From Azolla caroliniana (lineage: Eukaryota; Plantae; Polypodiophyta): a stretch of DNA of 64,000 nt. The position numbers were made by a program, and so were the translations under genes. The stretch covers positions 20,522,001 to 20,586,000 of the forward strand of contig JBHGNT010000002.1 of assembly GCA_043228905.1 (NCBI GenBank), in the 5' to 3' direction. Under the pieces are notes generated by a model. That model did no database searches and was not told the origin of the DNA. It worked only from the letters and a program-made list of their open reading frames with translations. The stretch's first letter is position 1, and the number at the start of each line of letters is the position of its first letter. This document shows, one piece after another, positions 25,693 through 37,223 of the stretch.

Positions 25693-27969
25693 ATGGTGGT
25701 GAATGAGCCAACAGTGGGCAATAAAGCATCAATGGTGGCAGCTAAAGCATCGGCGGCAAGGGGGCCAGCTGGACGGTGGGTGGAGTCGAGGTATGCATTG
25801 CAAGGGATGAGTAAGAATTGGGAGAAGCAACAGGCAGTGATTTTAGGACAAAGGAAAGGAAACAACATGTGGAAAGATGTAGGGAAACACATCAGTGGAG
25901 ATATTAGCAAGATATGCAAGGAAGTAGTGCATCAAACTAATAATGGGGGATTGTTGGGAGAGGAGGTTAGGGCTCCCGCCAGCGGTATGGCAGCGGCTGC
26001 CTTCATAGTTGATTGTAGGGAGGACTCACGGGTGTGGGGAGAGTCAGAAGCTTGGAATAAAGAGGTAGGGACGCAAGAGGGTGGGGGAGACCTCCCCAAC
26101 CATGCATTATGGCATATGGAAGTAGAAGAGAGGCAACGGGGACCACAAGGTGGGCCGTATAAGGGGCTAGATGTTGTGGAAATGGAGGCCACCGAGGACA
26201 TGATGCAGGTGGAGAACCTTTTGAATGAATGTGGTCAAGCACATAATGCATGTCGGATAGGGGACTATGATAAGCAATTGGAATCGAAGGAAAGCTCTGA
26301 GATACTTGATGTTTTTCTGTCCGAGGAAGAAAGTGAAATCTTAAATGCGGAGATTAGAAGATTAACGAAGTGTTCGTTCATTTGCAAATTACTTGGTGGT
26401 AGACCTAGTAGGGGTATGGTTCGTGACATGTTACAGGTAGCTCTAATGGATAGGATCCCACATATAAAGAATGTGGATAATATGGGACGTAATTTCTTTC
26501 ACATTGAAGTGGCGGAGGGGAGTAATCTATCACAAATTCTTGATATGAAATTTGTAGAGCTGAAATATGGAAGAGCTCTCTTATTGGAATGGCATCCTAA
26601 TTTCAATGTTATGGAGGAAGCAAAAAAACTTGGTAACCCCATGGTGGTATCTATGGTATTTCCCAATCTGCCGCGACATTTATACCCCTTGATGCCAAAG
26701 ATTGGGGCAAAGATTGGCACAGTTTGTCCTTTAAAGGAAACCATGGCAGACAAAATCAGAGACTCCCCTAAGATTAGGGTGCTTGTGCAAAGTTTGTCCT
26801 CTCTCCCCTCTATAATCAGGGTGCATGATGTGGAGGCAAGACTGATAGATGTGGAAGTGGAATATGAGGGTCTACCTGGTCAATGTTTCTACTGTAAAAA
26901 AAACGGTCACATGGCTAAAGAATGCCCTAGGAAGATCAATAATAGCGTAAAAAGGGAGAAGCTTAAGGGGCCGATAGGTAAGCAAGAGAAGACAAGGGTG
27001 GCAAGACAAAATACTCTCAATGAGGCTGAGAATGTGCAGGCTAATGCCAATGTCTGGTCTCTTGTTTTGGGACGTAAAAATGGATTGCAAGAAGAAGGAA
27101 ACACAACTACACCTCAAGTAGTTTTGAGGAATCGTTTTGCAGTGTTGCAAGAAGAGGGTGTCACACTACAAGATCAAAAGACAACTAATGTGGAAGAGGT
27201 GGTAGCGTGCACACCCGATGTTTTACTAAACAATACACACCTTAGCCAAGAAAATGTCATGAGCTCACCCTCCTCCATTGGTAAAAGTGGAAGTATTGGA
27301 TTGAGAGCAATGAAAGAATGGTTACGTAAGGGGAGAGGTCAAGAAAGCTCTTCCACCACTTCCGAATTTCAGAAGCCACAAGTGTCACGTCATGAAAGTA
27401 GTGAAGCACCGGTCAGAGTTCCCGTCAAATTTGTTAGGGCCAAAAGTTCAGAAAGGGGCACTCTAGGCATGGGGTGTAAGTTTAGCCAGAAGGCTCTCAC
27501 GAGATTAACTGATTTTTGTCATGAGGAGGCCTTAGGGCTGAGGGTTTATGTCATTATTGCTGAACGTAACAAGTTGCTGAAATTAGGCTTCTCATTTGAT
27601 TTGTTGGACCTGGAGGTTTCGGCTAGTAACATGGCACGTATCTCTAGCTCCATAGAAGTCAAGGCACACAAATACTTCAACAGCCTGCCAGTCACCTTGA
27701 GTGGGGATAAGTGGATGTCGATGTGGATGACCGCTGGAATGTCATGTGGGAGTTTCGATGATGCCTGCATTAAAAAGCAGCTATTATTTTGCCTAGAGGA
27801 GAAGGTAGACTCCCTCTATGAGGTGCTACACTTCCATGAGGAGGAACTGGAAGAAGATATAAGGCAGGATGTGGTGTTAGGATGGGAGAAGATCAATGCG
27901 GGAGGTTGGGCATGGATTCATGGGGAGGGACTTTGTCCTTCTTGGGAGACCTCTCAATTATGTTCATGA
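25693..27969 (+). CDS. LINE ORF1 protein (DUF4283/RRM-like region, CCHC knuckle, extra C-terminal region), 758 aa
   Basis: Long ORF upstream of ORF2; MGRNFFHIE..LLEWHPNF, VEYEGLPGQCFYCKKNGHMAKEC. Confidence 0.9.
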   Translation: MVVNEPTVGNKASMVAAKASAARGPAGRWVESRYALQGMSKNWEKQQAVILGQRKGNNMWKDVGKHISGDISKICKEVVHQTNNGGLLGEEVRAPASGMAAAAFIVDCREDSRVWGESEAWNKEVGTQEGGGDLPNHALWHMEVEERQRGPQGGPYKGLDVVEMEATEDMMQVENLLNECGQAHNACRIGDYDKQLESKESSEILDVFLSEEESEILNAEIRRLTKCSFICKLLGGRPSRGMVRDMLQVALMDRIPHIKNVDNMGRNFFHIEVAEGSNLSQILDMKFVELKYGRALLLEWHPNFNVMEEAKKLGNPMVVSMVFPNLPRHLYPLMPKIGAKIGTVCPLKETMADKIRDSPKIRVLVQSLSSLPSIIRVHDVEARLIDVEVEYEGLPGQCFYCKKNGHMAKECPRKINNSVKREKLKGPIGKQEKTRVARQNTLNEAENVQANANVWSLVLGRKNGLQEEGNTTTPQVVLRNRFAVLQEEGVTLQDQKTTNVEEVVACTPDVLLNNTHLSQENVMSSPSSIGKSGSIGLRAMKEWLRKGRGQESSSTTSEFQKPQVSRHESSEAPVRVPVKFVRAKSSERGTLGMGCKFSQKALTRLTDFCHEEALGLRVYVIIAERNKLLKLGFSFDLLDLEVSASNMARISSSIEVKAHKYFNSLPVTLSGDKWMSMWMTAGMSCGSFDDACIKKQLLFCLEEKVDSLYEVLHFHEEELEEDIRQDVVLGWEKINAGGWAWIHGEGLCPSWETSQLCS

Positions 27970-30900
27970 AGTTAATCACGTGGAACATACAAGGTCTTGG
28001 TGGAAGCAAGTGCATGATGGAAAGGAAGAACTTTTGTCAGGAGTTCAAATCCCCGTGCTTTAAGGGGATCCCAGACATTTTGCTCTTGCAAGAGCATCAT
28101 TTGTGTGCGGACAGAATCTTGAGTATTGGCAATCCTCTTGAGGGGGATTGGCATACATTTTGGTCTCCAGCTCAGGGTGAGCATGGTAGAAAAGGAGGTG
28201 TTTGTACATCTATTAGGCACAATCCGGATATTGTGGTCGTGGGTTAGGACACCATAGTGGAGGGACAAGCCATTTGTGTGTCGGTAAGATGGCATCAGTG
28301 TATAGTTGGGATAGTAAACGTGTATGCCCCCAATTCGTCCGCTTTGCGGGCTGTTTTTTGGAGGCAATTGGCTGATGGCTTGCCATTTGCAGATGCGTGG
28401 ATCCTTGCAAGGGATTTTAACATGACTTTGCACACAGAGGACAAGGTGGGTGGCACTCATACAGTGGTCCAAGGGTCAGAGCTAGTTGCTTGGGATCTGT
28501 TGATGGGACGATTAGGAGTGAAAGATGCATGGTATGTTCTAGAAAAGCCTCGGAGTTCACTAAGCTTTTCAAGAGCAGGTTGTAGTATAAATGGCTTTTG
28601 CATGTCTCGCATAGACAGAATTTACATAAGCTCAGAACTTGAAAAATATGGTAATAATGTTGAAATAATCGCTGGTTCAGCTTACTCTGATCATATGCCG
28701 GTTCAGATTACATTAGTCAATCAGAGGTGGCCAAATAGAGACCGCAACATGAGGATCAATAGTAAGCTTTTTGAGGATGCGGAAGTGGGAAGTAAGATAA
28801 GGTGCATATGGGCAACTAAGCCAGCTGGTTGTGGTGCACTTGAGTCACTTAGTAGAAAGATTATCGAAACTTTACTATATTTGCACGTAGAGACTAAAAA
28901 TAGAATTGCAAAGTCTAAAGAAAGAGAAGTGGGATTAAGAAGATCAATAGCAGCTGCCCAAAGAATGCTTCAGAAAGATCCCACGTGTCAATGGTCTAGA
29001 GCCGGTCTTGAGGCTGCTAGAGTAACGTTACAACGGTTGATTACGTCTAGAAACACGATGTTATTCAGGAGTTCCGCGACATGGTGGAGCAAGAATGGGG
29101 ATAAGGTAAATCATCAATTTTTTAAGTATAAAAAGCCGAGATCAAACTGTAGTTGTAATCCTAAGCTGATTAAGGAGGATGGATCAGCATCGGAGGATGT
29201 GTCAGAGATCATGGAGGCACTCACAACTCACTATCGTGGGTTACTCTCATTCAGTTCTAGTATCCCCGAACAGCCTAATCTAGCAGAATTTGTATTGGAG
29301 GGTATGCAACAAAGAATTTCAGAGGTTGCACAAGTTCATTTGTCAAGGCCAATCTTGGAAGAGGAGGTGTCAGATGCTTTGGCGGGTATAAGTAGAACGT
29401 CTTGTCCAGGCATCGACGGATTATCAAGAGATTTTTTTGAAAACTTTTGGGAAGTGATTAAGGTTGACTTGGTTGATGGTCTTAATGAGGCATGGGCTCT
29501 TGGCCGTTTACCTGAGCATTTTAAAGAGGGGCTGATATTTCTAATTCCAAAGGTACAAGGCCTAATAGCTGATGCAAGGCAATGGAGACCGATTACATTG
29601 CTCAACACAATTTATAAGATTTTTGCCAATATACTGGCCAAGCGGGTCAAACCCCACTTGAATGCACTAATTAATGTTGGACAAACAGGATTCATGGTAA
29701 ACAGATGCATAATTGATAATGTGTTGACCTTTTGGGAGGCGATTGCCTTGGCAAAGAAAACCAATCAACATATTGCATGTCTCATGCTTGACTTCGAGAA
29801 GGCGTATGACAGAGTACAATGGCCTTTCTTAGATAAAGTGATGGAGAGGTTGGGACTACCCTCCAAATGGAGATCGGCTGCGTTAGCCCTTTACGAAGGA
29901 AGTTTGAGTAGGGTGATGGTGTCAGGGCATCGGGGCCCACGAATTCCACTATGCAAGTCTGTCAGGCAAGGGTGCCCGTTGGCCCCCTACCTTTATTTAT
30001 TTATTGCAGAGGCATTCTCTTTCTTTTTAAACAAACCAGATGCAGGAATAAGGGGGTTAGTTGTCCCACAAGCGGGCAAGGAGTTGTTGGACTCATCATA
30101 CGCAGATGACACTATGCTCTATCTACAAGGCAATGATGATAATTTACAGCTTGCTGAAAGTCGAATTGAGTTGTTTTGTAGAGCATCAGGAGGGAAAATC
30201 AATTGGAACAAAAGCAAGGGATTTTGGGTAAGTTCAAACCCATGGCCTCTTTGGTGCCCTAATGCTGATTTTCAATGGGTCCCCAATGGAATGGCTCTTA
30301 AATATTTGGGTTTTTTGGTAGGCGTTGAGACACCCAAAAATCAGCAACTTGAGCAAGTGAAAGACAAAATCAGAAAAAAGCTTCGGGTGTGGGCATCAGT
30401 AAAGCTCTCTCTTGCAGGTAGGGTGGTCGTGGTAAACCATATTTTGTTAGCCACCATGTGGCACTCGGTGGCATGTTGGGTGGTAGACAAAACTTGCATC
30501 AAAAATATTAAGGCAATGGTGAGAGGGTTCCTATGGTCGGGTAGAGACCATGAGAGGGCATCAGCTAAAGTGGCGTGGAGTTGTTTGATCAAGGCGAAAA
30601 ACCAAGGTGGACTTGGGTTGGTGGATCCAGTTCACCAAAGTAAAGCTTTACTAGGTAAGCTACTTGTGCGAAGTTTACAACCTGGTCCTGAACTGTGGAA
30701 GTTGCTTCTTAGGGATAGAGCTGACCTTTGGTGTCCAAGGAATGGCGGCCCTTGGAAGGCAAAGTTGTGGTGGTTGTTCAGTCCAGATTTAAAGCTGAAA
30801 CAACCAAATAGCATGGAGGACAGGGTGGCCCGTGCCATAATGATGGCTTGGTCAAGTGTAAGAGATGGGTTGGTCTTATTGCAACCGAAAACATTGGAGG

Positions 30901-32252
30901 AACAACTCCGACAACCGTTATTTTGGAACCCTAGGATTAGAAACGAGGACGGCATGATGCTTGGACAGAAAAAATATTTGCCATGGGGCCGCATGTTAGG
31001 GTACAATGTTAGTTCAGTAAGAGAGTGGGATGTTTTCAAAATGAAGAGGAGGGAGGGTCAGTTTGGTAGCATTTCTTGTAGGCTTGAGAAGGTGACCCAA
31101 CTGATAAATAAGGCTATTGATGGTCTAGATAGGTTGGATAAGGAAGAGGGGGTCTGGTCTGGGTGGTTTGTAGGTGAGAGTGATGGACAAATTATCTGTG
31201 GCAAGTGTCCATCTAATGAATATCGTTTGTGGGGAAACCTAAGTGCTTTGTCCGACAATGGTCAGTGGTTGGCAGTGCGGGTGGCAGTGTTGGAAGGTAA
31301 GAAGTGGCAATTAAACCCAGACCCAGGGAAGCTAGATAATGATTGTAAACTATGGCTATTGGACAACAAGCCTCTACATGATTTGGAGTGGGATCCACTA
31401 GAGGTATGGTGGCAAAAACCGGGAACGAACAAACTGGTGGGGTTTTTTGATTATAGTACTAAGCTCGGAAGGCAAATCATTGGCTCCAAATCAGTGGGTG
31501 CTGCTCAAACTCGCAATAGTTGGAGGGATAAAGGCATATCAGATGACTTGTTGAAGTCGTTTTGGCGGAGACTATGGGCATCTGATATGCCAGAAAAAAT
31601 CAAGGTGTGGTTTTGGCTTCTTAGTCATAAGGCGTTACCGGTAGGGGAGTGGATGAGGTCTCGTGGTGGGGAGGCTGGTTGCCTGTTATGTGGTCACTCT
31701 TTGGAATCGATACCTCACTGTTTTTGGAATTGTGCAGAGGCAATCAACATTTGGGGTCGAAGTCTCAGGATAGTGGCAGCATGCGGGGTGAATGGGAGAG
31801 TTGTGTGGGGGTCCTTACAGGGTTTGAAACTAACTAAGGAAGGTTGGGCGGAACAATTAAATCCACATGGTCATGGTTTTATATTGCAGGGCGGCAGTGT
31901 ATTCAAAAGTGTGGGAGTAGAACCTGGTACAAACTCTGGTTTTTTTGAGGAGATATGGATGTTGGTGGCATGCTTCTCGGTCTGGCACATTTGGACCAGA
32001 CGATGTATGCTGGTTTTTCAGCAACGAAAACTCCCAAGCGGTGAGGTGTTGCTAAACATTTGGTTCGAGCTGGTATCTTGGCTGCGCGGACAGTACAACT
32101 CAATTAAAGGGAACTCGGATGCAGCAGACAGGGCTCGCTCAAAGTTTTTGCTGAAATGGGGTCGCTCTCCTATGATGGTTAATTCAGCGTCTGGTCCTAA
32201 ATGGAATTACCAAGCACCAAGATGGTTGTTTCCGCCATTGGCTTCGTTGTGA
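27966..32252 (+). pseudogene. LINE ORF2 (APE endonuclease, RT, zf-RVT) with one in-frame stop at 28245-28247
   Basis: MKLITWNIQGL, LLLQEHH, NVYAPN, (R)DFN, SRIDRIY, SDHMPV, WRPITLLN, LDFEKAYDRV, VRQGCPLAP, YADDT, CLLC..H...C. ORF-track entries 27882 and 28257 are the same frame split by a TAG. Confidence 0.92.
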
Positions 32253-33874
32253 ATATGTGGTCACCATGGTGGTCACTATGTGAAAAGAGGCAGTGGGTTA
32301 CTCTTGTTGTAAATAGTTAGGTGAGGATTATGTTGTTTTGATTATGGCTGTTCTTCGATGTAATTCTTTTGCTAACTAATGGGAAGTAGTGTTTTTTTGG
32401 AATAAAATAAAATAAAATATTTATTAAAATTAATTTTATAAATCACGCTACCTTTGTATGCTTCATAATCATTTCGTTAATAGATGTGACATTTGCTTAA
32501 ATTCAATGCAAAATAGGTCCCAAAGAGTCATACCAAAGGGGTCTCTATAAGGATTGTGAGGGAATTTTCTAAAAGCAAACTTGAGTGCAAGGAAAGAATT
32601 ATGTGAGAAAAACCAAGATTTGAATGATGGGAGTCAAACTCGCGATGCCAACCAATGCCAACTTCCCATTAACTGAAGATGTCTAACGCCAACAAGACAT
32701 TTTTATAAATTTTGGGAAATAATTCCCTAAATTGGAGAATCTCAAAAATCTCGGAAGTCAACGCTTGGTCAATGCACTTAGTCAATGCTCAAGGATTTAA
32801 TTCCCTGAATTGGAGAATCAACCCCATTTTGGAAGGGGGCCCACTCCACGAAGAGGGTGAATATCCGCACACACCAATCCCTCTCCTAGGAAACATCACC
32901 CTTCTCCAAGGGACACAACCCCTCTCCTTAGCCCGTGTGCCCCCTCTTATAGGCTATATGTATGTATGTATGTTTGTGTCGAGGAAGATGCCCTACTCAC
33001 ACCCTTCAGACACCTTGCTCCGCAGAAAACACCCTACTTATAATTATTGGGTTTACGATTCTTACAAGGGTTTAGGGTATAAAACTTGTTGCTTGTCGAT
33101 TTTTCGACATTTTTCAAATAAGAGATTGTGGTTTTACGAGGGATTGTTGATAGCCATCAACGTGAACCAAAAAACCACTTTCACTTGCATTATGATCAAC
33201 ATCGCCACTGCAAATCAGGCATGTTTCCGAAACTAGGAGTATAAACATATAATGCACTTTACGATTCCCGTTTTTCTTTTCCATAAAAAATATCCTCCAT
33301 TGGTATTAAAATTAAAGTGGTTAGAGACAATATACAAATAGTATATAATATATTTCATCTCAACAATTATGGATCATTAGAGAAAGGACCAAAGATAAGT
33401 GATGTCATTTAGCAAGATACCTTCTTAACTCATTTGATCGTGACCAATAAAACTGCACAACCCATGTATGCTCCAACCGCACTTATTCCTCTCCAGTTCA
33501 TTCAAGTGCTTTTGATACCATCGTCTTTTTAAGTGAGATAGGAAGATTTCCATTTGATTTATCCATTACTTAGAAGAACTTTGATGACCTTTCCTTTTGA
33601 AGGCCAAAATCACTATCTCAGAGAGAAATTCACAATATTTCCTTTTAATTCAAATGCAATATAGAAATATGTCAAACCTAATTGATTTACTTAGCACTAC
33701 ATATGTTTTCCGGCAATATAATATAATATGAAAAGGAGAAGAAACATGGAAGGGAAAAGTAGAGAAATTGGAAGTAATATACTAGTTCAATCTTTTGGCA
33801 GTAATAATAAAATTTCCTTTTCTTTTCTTTCTATGTAAAACAAGTTTTTTATGAAATTTATACACAAACACTAG

Positions 33875-36063
33875 ATCATTAATGGGTGGGATGTATAAGC
33901 TTTTGCCAAAGTAATTGCAAATAGACTTGAAAAGGTATTGTCGTCTGTGGTCCATCCAACGTAATATGGGTTTATTGAGGGAAGGGACATCCTTCATAAT
34001 ATTTTGAATGTGCAAATGGCAATGGACTATGCAAAGGAATCCAAACAACAAATTGTAATGATACAACTAGACATCAAGAAGGCATATGATCACATAAGTT
34101 GGTCTTTTATTACTCAACTTATGTCTCATATGGGTTTTGGGGAAAGGATGTCTCGAATATTGTTGTTGGTGGGATTAGGTAGTGTCACACATTATGTTAA
34201 ATGGTGGAGTCACTAAGGCGATACCATTGAAAAGATCACTTGGACAAGAATGCCCATTTAGTCCTTTATTATTTGCAATTGCCACAGACCCGATTTTGGT
34301 GAAGATACATGAGTTGGCAACATGTGGGGAAATAGTTGGATTACCTCTACCATCAGGGAAACAATTGATTGCTCAAGCATTGGCTGATGATTTGTTTTTA
34401 TTTCTCAAAGCGACACTTAATAATATAGCTAAAACCATAGAGGTGTGGAATGTGTTCGCATTGGCGCTAGGATTACATATAAATATGCGGAAGTCGATGC
34501 TCATTAGATGCATTGAGAGTGTTTTGGTTGATCTTGGATGTGCTGGCTAAATATTAGATCAAGGGAATGTATGTCGGCACTTAGGTTACCCTATTAGTGT
34601 TGATATCTCATCATCGCAAAGCTTGAATTGGATATCGGAAACCATTTTGGACAAATTTATGTATTGGAAGTCTCAAGCATGGCCGTTTAGTACTCATCTC
34701 AAAGTGGTACAAGCTATAACGATTCCAATGATTTCTTATTTTTTGCCATTGTTACCGTGGACAAAGCAACCACTTGATCATTTAGCTCATTCACTTAAAT
34801 ATACAATATGGAAGAAAGAAGCAAACCTTGGTATGAGTTGGGTATCATGGAGCAATATTTGTACCCCAAAATGGTTAGGGGGTGTTGCGTTACTAATTTT
34901 AGAAGATCATATGGTGGCTCAAAGATTCAATCTTTTGAAAGGTATGTGCATAGGTACCCAACCTTGGGCAGAAATAATTAGTTATTTTGTGGAAAATGTT
35001 GGTATATGCCATGGAAAAACGAGAATTACAACTTTGTGGTGGCATGTTGTTAATAGTACCAAACAATTTAAATGTTGAGAATATATTATGGTTCAACAAT
35101 TGGTGCTTTCTTGGCAACGATGTTTGAATTTGTTTAATTAGAGGCCTCCTGAGTGCAGAAAATATATAAAATTCATTGGCAGTAGAGGTGTTGGCAACTT
35201 TAAGGATATTACATTGGAATGGAAAAGAAAGTCTAAAATCACAGTTCAATCAAATGGCAAGGCTAGGCTTGGTAACTGTGGAAGATGGTATCTTAGAGTC
35301 ATGTAGGAAAATGATGGCCTTTCGAATAATCAGAAATACGTTTCATATACCACGTGGATATGGGTATATTTGGCAAGCAATATTGGCATTGCCTAGATTA
35401 GTTTTCTCGATTCCAGAGTTGGCGGTCGAGGGCCCATGGAAAGATTGGTCATTTGGTATTGGGAAATCAATTTTTGTGGTGCACACTAATGATGTGTACC
35501 ATAAGTTGGTTGAAGATAGAGCTTGGTTATCAAATAAGGTTTTGGATACATGGTACAGTACTCGACATGTAAAGTGGTGGCGTAGACTTTTTAGATGCAG
35601 GGTGGTAGTCTCATCCTCCATTTCGTGCAAAGGTGTTTCTTTGGCGTGCCATAGTGGGTGGGTTGCCTTTGGCAATGGCCTTAAAACGAAAACATATTTC
35701 GAATGGGACATGTTTTTTTTGTACGATGGTTGAAGAAGATGCTAGACATAGGTTCATTACACGTCCGGTTGCTAAAGCCATTTGGGTAAATATATCACAA
35801 ATTTGGGCATCGACAACAAGAAATATTTTGTCACCTTATAAGTGGGTTTTTATTGATGAGGATAAAGCTATGCCCACACCATCATATAAGGTTGTTTTTG
35901 ACTACTTTATATATTGGGGGATGTGGTTTAATTGAACCATGAGAAATGGGTTCTTGTTTGATGGACTTCATGGGATAACACAACAACTCAGTAGGATGAA
36001 AGGGAAGTTGATTTGACAATTTCCACAACTATGTTGTATGGGGACGTTGTCCCAAGAGGAGAT
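33875..36063 (+). mobile_element. 5'-truncated degenerate L1-clade LINE (RT to zf-RVT)
   Basis: LDIKKAYDHISW, LGQECPFSPLLF, ALADDLFLFL, VFLWR..LP..CFFC..EDARH; multiple frameshifts. Confidence 0.88.
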
Positions 36064-36496
36064 TAATAGTCGGCAATGGTTCGGTTTGAACTGAACCAAA
36101 CCGTAGCTTAATGGTTTAAATGGTTTGGTTCAATTTCAGGTTTTTTTAAACGGTTCGGTTCGGTTTCAACAGTTAGAAACTGCGGTTTAATCATTTAATG
36201 GTTTATTATAATTTTTATTATTTTAAAATTAAAAAAAAAAGAAAAAAGAAAAAAGCATTTAAACAATCTTTTCATTTCGAGGTTGTATTCTCACATTTTA
36301 GGAAAATCTTTAAAATTTTGGGAATTTAAAATAATGAACTATTTTAAAATTTGAAATTTGACCTAAGTTTGGAAACCGAAACTGAACCACGAGACAGCGT
36401 TCGGAAATTTTTAAACGGTTCGGTTCAGGTTAATTTTTTTTAAACGGTTCGGTTTGACACTCTCGAACCGAACCGAACCGTAGTGGCTGATTGTTA
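36064..36496. mobile_element. Non-autonomous hAT/MITE of the same family as 22986-23410, directly upstream of the aspartic protease gene
   Basis: Degenerate TIRs TAATAGTCGGCAA / GTGGCTGATTGTTA and a shared internal sequence (AACAATCTTTTCATTT..TTCTCACATTTTAGGAA). No clear TSD. Confidence 0.82.
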
Positions 36497-36640
36497 GAGC
36501 CTAGAGGAGGAGATGGACTGACGGTGACGGCTGCCACTGCTTGCCTGCTTCCTTACTTCTCCATCACTCCATTCCTTGCCTTCTATTTACGTCGCGCGCA
36601 CACACAGTCACAGACAGACAGAACAGACACACAATCACTG

Positions 36641-37177
36641 ATGGTGATGGTGATGGTGATGGTGATGGTGATGATGATGGTGGCCATGAAGAAGTCCTCC
36701 TCCTGCTCCTGGTCAGTGTTTCCTCTTCCTCTTCTTTCTCTCCTTCTTCCTCTTTCTGGCCCACATATTCTTGTACATGATCTCCCTTTCTTCTGCACCG
36801 CACAGGCGCTGCTCCTCCCTAATCCGCATGTGAAGAAGAATAGTAGTGGTGCTTATGAATATGGTAGTAGTTACATTAGGCTGCATCATAGGTACAGCCA
36901 TCTCCATGGATCCTCCAGAGGCGGCCTCCCTATGTCTTTGCATCACCGTGCCGTTCTTCGTTCCCATGATTCTCTACACCATCATCACCATAGGGCTCTC
37001 CTCCTGCAACGACAAAACCAACAATCTTCTTCTTCCTCAGCGTCCTTCCCCATGGGGGGCCATGCAAACCCTTATTCGGCTGGGTAAAATTATACTCTCT
37101 ATTCTACTCTTCTTTGCTATTTGGTTCTTGATTCTTAGTCTTGTTTCTTGTTCTTCTATATGTGCGTGCGCGCGCGC

Positions 37178-37223
<46 letters not shown>

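Larger units (their letters stand above)
25353..32415 (+). mobile_element. Full-length L1-clade LINE (7063 bp)
   Basis: 17-bp TSD AATATTTATTAAAATTA (25336-25352 and 32416-32432), ORF1 plus ORF2, and an (AATAA)3 tail at 32401-32415. Confidence 0.95.
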
